Assembly (NCBI RefSeq): GCF_006345805.1
Contig: NC_043024.1
Coordinates: forward strand, 13,454,001-13,518,000
Length of the DNA stretch: 64,000 bases
Origin: Octopus sinensis
Lineage: Eukaryota
Reading direction: 5' to 3'
Position numbers and translations under genes: made by a program. This document shows positions 57,233 through 64,000 of the stretch, piece by piece. How positions within the stretch are numbered: position 1 is the stretch's first letter; the number at the start of each line of letters is the position of its first letter. The notes under the pieces are model-generated. The model saw only the letters and a list, made by a program, of their open reading frames with translations. It had not been told where the DNA came from and searched no databases.

Positions 57233-57536
57233 TATCGTTTTTGATATCATTATGATGTGGGTCTTCTTTAGCCTTGATATTGTTACATCATCATCAAAGA
57301 TATTAAATGAAATTTTGCGTTATGTAAGATGGTGTTGCAGAGAGAGATATAAGGATTGATGATTCTGGATACCCCGCACTCAGATTTATTTCGTTTTCTT
57401 TGAGCTACGGTAGTTACAACAAATCAACCGCTCCACCATTAAAATGTCATGCAGAGTACTTTCTTAGGTCTGGGAATATGCCATGTCGGTCGATATTTTC
57501 TATGATAAACGTTGACAATATTATTCCTACAAATAA

Positions 57537-57957
57537 ACATACATACATATATACTTACATTCATACATGCATACATGCATACATACATACATACATATAT
57601 ACATACATACATACATACATGCATACATGCATACATACATACATACATATATACATACATACATACATATATACATACATACATATATACATACATACAT
57701 ACATACATACATGCATACATACATACGTACATACACATACATACATACTTACATACATACTTACATACATACACATACATACTTACATACATACATACAT
57801 GCATGCATGCATACATACATACATACATACATACATACCTACATACATGCATGCATGCATACATACATACACATACCTACATACATGCATACATACATAC
57901 ATGCATGCATGCATACATACATACATACATACATACATACATACATACATACATACA

Positions 57958-57988
<31 letters not shown>
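57537..57988. repeat. (TACA)n array
   Basis: Direct reading, with TGCA variants. Confidence 0.95.
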
Positions 57989-57989
<1 letters not shown>

Positions 57990-58559
57990 AGAACCCACAA
58001 TATACCACTCATACTAAAAAGGAATATTGGTGGACTCTCCCTCATGAAAACTTAAGCACAACAGACCTGATATAATGATTTGGAATAGAGAGGAGAAACT
58101 GTGCAGAGTTGTGGAAATTAGCTGCACAACGGATGTTAACATAAAGCTGAAGATCAATGAAAAAGAGAATACTTATGCCGAACTATTGAGATATCTGCAG
58201 TAACTCTATCCAGATTACAAGTTCAGGTTTATACCTGTAATATTTGGGACCCTGTGATATGTAACACCCTGCCTAAATACCAATCTTGAGAAATTAGGCT
58301 TCTCAAAACCAGAAAGGAGAAAGCTTATTCGAAGACTACAGATCCAATCCATCACTGGAACTGTAAAAATCTGTAAAACTTTCGAGAAGTTTATGATTTA
58401 AATACATATGAACATGTCTAGATATGTAACTATATTCATGAGAATACATACATTCATATACACATACACACATACATACATATAAAATCTGTAAATCTTT
58501 CCAGGCGTTTATTATTTAAATATATATGAGATATGTAACTATATGCATCAGAATACATT
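57989..58559 (+). mobile_element. RLE-type (R4/Dong/NeSL-like) non-LTR retrotransposon 3' end, 5'-truncated
   Basis: KHNRPDIMIWNREEKLCRVVEISCTTDVNIKLKINEKENTY..PVIFGTL*..LEKLGF..LQIQSITGTVKICKTF, stop at 58399-401. This is the PD-(D/E)xK restriction-like endonuclease domain, with two nonsense codons (58201, 58255). Confidence 0.85.
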
Positions 58560-58579
58560 TATAAATCATGACAAATCTT

Positions 58580-58990
58580 GACATACATACAATACATACA
58601 ACATACATACAACATACATAATAAACATACATACATACATAATACATACATTACTACATACATACATACATACATACATTCATACATACATACATACATA
58701 CCAAATACATATACATACATACATTACAATGCATTACATACACACATACATACATACATACATAATACATACATACATACAATACATACATACATACTAC
58801 CATACATACATACATACATTCAGACATACATACATACACACATACATAATACATACATACATACATGCATACATACACACATACATACATACATACACAC
58901 ATACATGCATACATTCATACATACATACATACATACATACATACATGCATACATACATACATACATACATGCATACATACATACATACAA
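58580..58990. repeat. (TACA)n array
   Basis: Direct reading. Confidence 0.95.
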
Positions 58991-59326
58991 AAATATCCTG
59001 TTGTTCATGTTGAAATACCAAGTATGTCGTTTTGGATCTAGGTTATCAGAAAGAAATATTGAAATAAATAGAATAATAGCATGCATACATATGCATTCAA
59101 CTATGCATGGATTAGATATGATGTAGCCTGCAGCAGAATATGGCCGAATTTCTCTTCTTGCGAATGGAAAGCAGCTTTTCAATTGATAAGCGACATCGCG
59201 ATATCTGGAACAAAATTAATGTAAGAAACCTTATCATAATGAACACAATCAAATGATTTTCTTCAAAATCTATTATTGCAATGAGAGAAAGAAGACACAT
59301 AAACACACACACACACACACACACAA

Positions 59327-59399
<73 letters not shown>

Positions 59400-59422
59400 A
59401 ACATAGATATAGATATTGATAT

Positions 59423-59837
59423 ACTCTTTTACTCGTTTTACTCTTTTACTTGTTTCAGTCATTTGACTGCGGCCATGCTGGAGCACCGCCTTTCGTCGAG
59501 CAAATAGACACCGGGACTTATTCTTTGTAAGCCCAGTACATATTCTAACGGTTTCTTTTGCCGAACCGCTAAGTGACGGGGACGTAAAACCCCAGCATCG
59601 GTTGTCAAGCAATGCTAGGGGGACAAAGACAGACACACAAAACACAACACACACATATATATATATATACATATATACGACAGGCTTCTTTAGTTTCCGT
59701 CTACCAAATCCACTCACAAGGCATTGGTCGGCCCGGGGCTATAGCAGAAGACACTTGCCCAGGGTGCCACGCAGTGGGACTGAACCCGGAACCATGTGGT
59801 CTGTTAGCAAGCTACTTACCACACAGCCACTCCTGCG

Positions 59838-59840
<3 letters not shown>
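59423..59840 (-). mobile_element. SINE family A, full length, young
   Basis: Near-identical to 26530-26950 on the opposite strand. Confidence 0.95.
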
Positions 59841-59871
<31 letters not shown>

Positions 59872-60013
59872 TGTCTGTGTATGTATGCATGAATGTATGA
59901 ATAATACACATCTTCACATGACTCTTTTAAAAAGCGGCAGTTTCATCCATGATAATTCGCATATCGCTAGACCAAACTAAGATGTCCGAAAGGAACCGGC
60001 TTTTCTACCCTTT

Positions 60014-60113
60014 NNNNNNNNNNNNNNNNNNNNNNNNNNNNNNNNNNNNNNNNNNNNNNNNNNNNNNNNNNNNNNNNNNNNNNNNNNNNNNNNNNNNNNN
60101 NNNNNNNNNNNNN
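60014..60113. other. Assembly gap (100 N)
   Basis: Run of N. Confidence 1.
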
Positions 60114-60116
60114 CTA

Positions 60117-60152
<36 letters not shown>

Positions 60153-60752
60153 CATCCATCTATCTGAATGACGAAGCCACCTTGAGCATAGTCCTATGAA
60201 CCCAGAAATCGAAACAGAGAGTTGCTTATTTGCAAAAAAAAAAAAAAAAAAAAAAGAAATATAAAATGTGACTTCATTGACCGAGGTTACCGTGGTCTTT
60301 TCCGCAGGCTTTTCTTTCCACGGTGTAAACCTCACCTGTCCTCCCCTTTACACTTCATATTGGACATTTGTGTGATAACGATCCCTATTGATCATTTTTT
60401 TTCCTCTCCCCCCCCCCCCCCTTTTTTTTTTTTTTTAACCCCCCTTATTTTTGTCCTCTTTCTCCTTTTACGATCCCTTTTGATCGAACTCCCCCTTCCT
60501 TTTTTTTTTTTTTTTTTAATACTTCAAAAGAAAAGCTTACTACTTGTAATTTGTTCTATCTGTGTGCAGCCCTGTGTGGCTAATAAAGAAACATATTATG
60601 TATCTATCTATCTATCTATCTATCTCTCTCTTCTCTCTCTCTCTAATATATATATATATATATATATACATATAGATAAAGAGATTGATAGATAGATACA
60701 CACACATACATAGATGTATATGTGTATGTGTGTGTGTAAATATATACATTTA

Positions 60753-61137
60753 CGTTAAATAAAATGCGACAACAAAGCCATGGCAGTGTGAAATTTCCTA
60801 CGACGTTTATAAAGAGACGGGTAGTCTTACAGCTGTTTCAGGGTTAAAAGAGATATCCCATCAACAGAGACAATATGAAAGAGGTAAATAGAAAGAAATA
60901 GTAGAGTTCAATATAAGAAGTTATTTTGGAAATGGAGAGATAGAGGAAGTATAAAGGGAAATATGTGTATAAGAATATATGTTGGATGTTACAGTTTCAT
61001 TCCATTTAAATATCTCATATCATCTGTGTGGATGGGATATAATTTATATCCCTGAAACAGCTGTAACGCTTCCTTTCTCTTTATAAATGTCAAAAATTTC
61101 ACACTGTCACGGACTTGCTGTCTCATTTTATTTAACA
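60753..61137. mobile_element. Foldback MITE with ~130-bp imperfect terminal inverted repeats
   Basis: Left arm gttaaataaaatgcgac..cagtgtgaaattt..tttataaagaga..ttacagctgtttcaggg..tatcccatc is mirrored on the right by gatgggata..ccctgaaacagctgtaa..tctctttataaa..aaatttcacactg..cattttatttaac. TA lies on both flanks. Confidence 0.85.
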
Positions 61138-61282
61138 TATACACGCTTACGGACGACTCACATTAGACTCCTCACTCATAGTATTATCGAACCAGGAGTC
61201 GAACAGCGTTCCGTCCGTAACACTTACGTAGCATTACTACCTTTTGGAGTTTCTGTATACCAAAACCTCTCTCATATATATA

Positions 61283-61416
61283 TATTTCTTTACTGCCCAC
61301 AAGGGGCTAAACATAGAGGGGACAAACAAGGACAGACAAAGGGATTAAGTCGATTACATCGGCCCCAGTGCAAGCATTTCAACCGGCGCGCTAACGTTTC
61401 TGCCAGCTCGCCGCCT
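61283..61416 (-). mobile_element. SINE family B, internally deleted
   Basis: Head (ggcggcgagctggcagaaacgttag..gaaatgctt) is joined directly to gcactggggccgatgtaatcgac; ~90 bp including the B box are missing. Confidence 0.85.
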
Positions 61417-62467
61417 CATATATATATAAAGGGAAAATAAGAGTTTCAATTACACGCTGTGGTGTGGAGATTAAATCGCGAGACAATTTATGAAATTCAG
61501 TAAAAACAACAAAAAAGCCGCATTCTCTGCAATATCAGTTGCGGCCGATTTTCTAATTTGAGAGTATTAGGTGCATCCCCTTCAACATGTAGCTTACGCG
61601 CTTCTACTTGGATACATTGAATAAATTATGGGTTCATGAAAGAAATGTGATGAGCAAACAAAAAAGAAATATCTAAAAAGTCACCGCTGGACCAGACATC
61701 GTTTTAAATAGGCTGAATCAAGTTTCATCTCCAATTAAGTAACACCATAAACAAACTTTGCACAATTAAATTGTTTCTGGACGATATACAGCAAAAGAAG
61801 AGTAAAAACGTGAGACGCATATTTCAAATAAACCTTTTCGGAAACGAATCAAAATGCAACAAAAATAAGTAAATTAAAAATTTTGAGTGATAATCATAGG
61901 TTTAACTTTACAGAAATGGTTGTCAAATATTCCAACGATACCATTTAAATATGACTTCAGGAACACATTTCCTAAATATTCTTAAAAAGGTGTATTGATA
62001 TTCAAAATGTGTAGTTCCTTAGGATACCTACTTTCTTGAACGCGCCTATATCTCTGATGATAATTCATTTCTATTTCGCAGTCTTTACATAATTGGTTGT
62101 GTATCACACAATTTATAGTAATTAAGAAATGGATATTTGACACAATCTTAACTAACCTCGCTATTTCACATCCAACAGCGATGGCGGCTTAACTTCTTAG
62201 CTTTTCTTCTGGCTTCTGCATAATAACCGGTCATTTGTTACTGTCATACCGATTATTAGTACACCTTTGCAATTTTTCTACAGAACATTATGCTAAGCTG
62301 ATGACGTTGTGTTCTTTCAAATAATCGTAAAATCTCTCGTTGATTTAGTTCACTTTTAATATTGTGAAACATTTCACGAATGCCATTAAACATTGCCTCA
62401 CGCTGGCACAGATTTTTTGACTGGAATTATGTAAACCTAAATTATAATATTTTTATCTACCTTTCAG

Positions 62468-62589
62468 GTAATAAACTAAAATACACCGAGGTTTCGCCTG
62501 AAGACTTTGGTTTGCAACAAGAAGATACCATGCTGCCAATGGACAGAAATTATCAATCCTACAGTTTCTTTGCGATCGACAGAATTTAG
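62468..62589 (+). CDS. Candidate phase-1 terminal exon (GNKLKYTEVSPEDFGLQQEDTMLPMDRNYQSYSFFAIDRI*), unverified
   Basis: Strong acceptor (atttttatctacctttcag). Only one of the three phases is open. Lies in repeat-free DNA. No partner exon was identified. Confidence 0.25.
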
Positions 62590-63288
62590 TCGCAACACGA
62601 AATTCTACAACGGTTCCTCAAAAATTAGTGAGGACCAACAATGTCTTTTATTTGTAATGATAAAACTTTTTAAAAACGTTTGTTACTCTATAGATGTTTC
62701 GATATGTTTAACCACTAATGCAATATCTCGGCGAATACTCGTCGATTGAGGGAAGTAAAATATTATCAAATATCACTGAACATCTGGAGTTGTGAACGAA
62801 ATATTCTTTGAAAGAACACAATGGAGTAGAAGACGTGAAGGCCAGACAAACTAAATGATAAATTCTAATTTCCATGGGCAGAAACACCCCCACAGACGCG
62901 TAGGATTCCTCTACAAATTTTCGTTGAAGTAGCTTTCACTGATAAAGCAAATACAGTAGATATGGAAAATCTAGCAATGCAAGGGAAAATTTCTTCTCCA
63001 GTCGTCGAGGAGTTCCACCCGAGATATCAGAAATATATTTCGTAACACATTATTTCTACTATCTAAATTCCTTGTGTCAATTAAGCTTTGCTTCGACAGA
63101 CCATTCATACCTTCTGTTTTCTTTTTTCTTTTTACAGATTCTACACTTTATTATTCACAGTAGAATGCACATCCCTCACGGGAACGAACCCGAAAATCTA
63201 TTTAACAAGATTGTTAAATACACAGCCATTAACGGCCGCCTACTATAAATGTATGAACGAAGCAGTTAAGCACCTATAAGATTACACA

Positions 63289-63379
<91 letters not shown>

Positions 63380-64000
63380 ATATGTGTGTGTATCTATCTG
63401 TCTATTTGTTTACACACACATATATGTATGTATATATGTAAGTGTGTATGTATATTTGTCTATACTGTAAATAACTTTGTTCAGCAAGCTCTCCCATTCG
63501 TTTCATTCGACCGCCCTAAGATGTCTACAGCAGACAATAACTGAAAGAGCGGCATTGTTGTTGCTTTTCTTTCTCCATTTTCGTTTTCTGCTACTGTCTT
63601 CGTCTATTAGGAAAAGTGTATGATCCACAAGTAACGGACTCACATTATGTATTCGGACGAATTTACAGAAGACAAATCATAGATATAATATGAAAGAAAA
63701 AATATATATTTGTAGTCAGAAGTCGTTTCTATTCACCCGTAGCTTCATTCAATTTCCTATTATTTTCATATCTATAAAATATTGCTAAAAGAAAAACACA
63801 CGAACACAAAAAAAAACCTATACAAAACATCTTCAGATTTTTAACAGAACAATTATGTGTGAAATATACTTATTCAACTGTCTTAATCTCACCAAGCAAT
63901 ATAACAGGAGAAAACTGACGCAAGCAGAAACCTGAAAGCTATTGTTTATCAAGCTTTTAGCTATTAAAATATATCGATGTCGAACTGTATAGGAACAGAG

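Noticed and set aside
62480-62515. EVSPEDFGL as bacterial TrpD (contamination or HGT)
   Set aside because: Nine-residue match only, with no flanking TrpD sequence and a eukaryotic repeat context.

Overview
AT-rich, microsatellite-dense eukaryotic genomic DNA, most likely intronic or intergenic. The SINE types and repeat landscape point to an octopus or other coleoid cephalopod; this is an inference, not a database result. There is one 100-N assembly gap at 60014-60113. I found no intact protein-coding gene, and almost all ORFs in the supplied track are translations of (TA)n, (CA)n, (TACA)n, (AAT)n or (GAT)n repeats. The non-repetitive DNA is mostly decayed transposons: two tRNA-headed SINE families, RTE-, CR1- and RLE-type LINE relics, three Tc1/mariner lineages (DD34D, DD37D, probable DD41D), two non-autonomous Helitrons, a foldback MITE and Penelope-like remnants. 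The most interesting signal is a set of type I hammerhead-ribozyme (HHR) motifs. One folds nearly completely (11568-11638). Another sits in each copy of a ~746-bp tandem duplication (39421-40937), inside a 30-bp inverted repeat, which is a retrozyme/Penelope-LTR-like layout that could release a circularisable RNA. Second is a restriction-like-endonuclease LINE 3' end embedded in (TACA)n arrays, suggesting microsatellite-specific targeting. All motifs were read and folded by eye; no searches were run.
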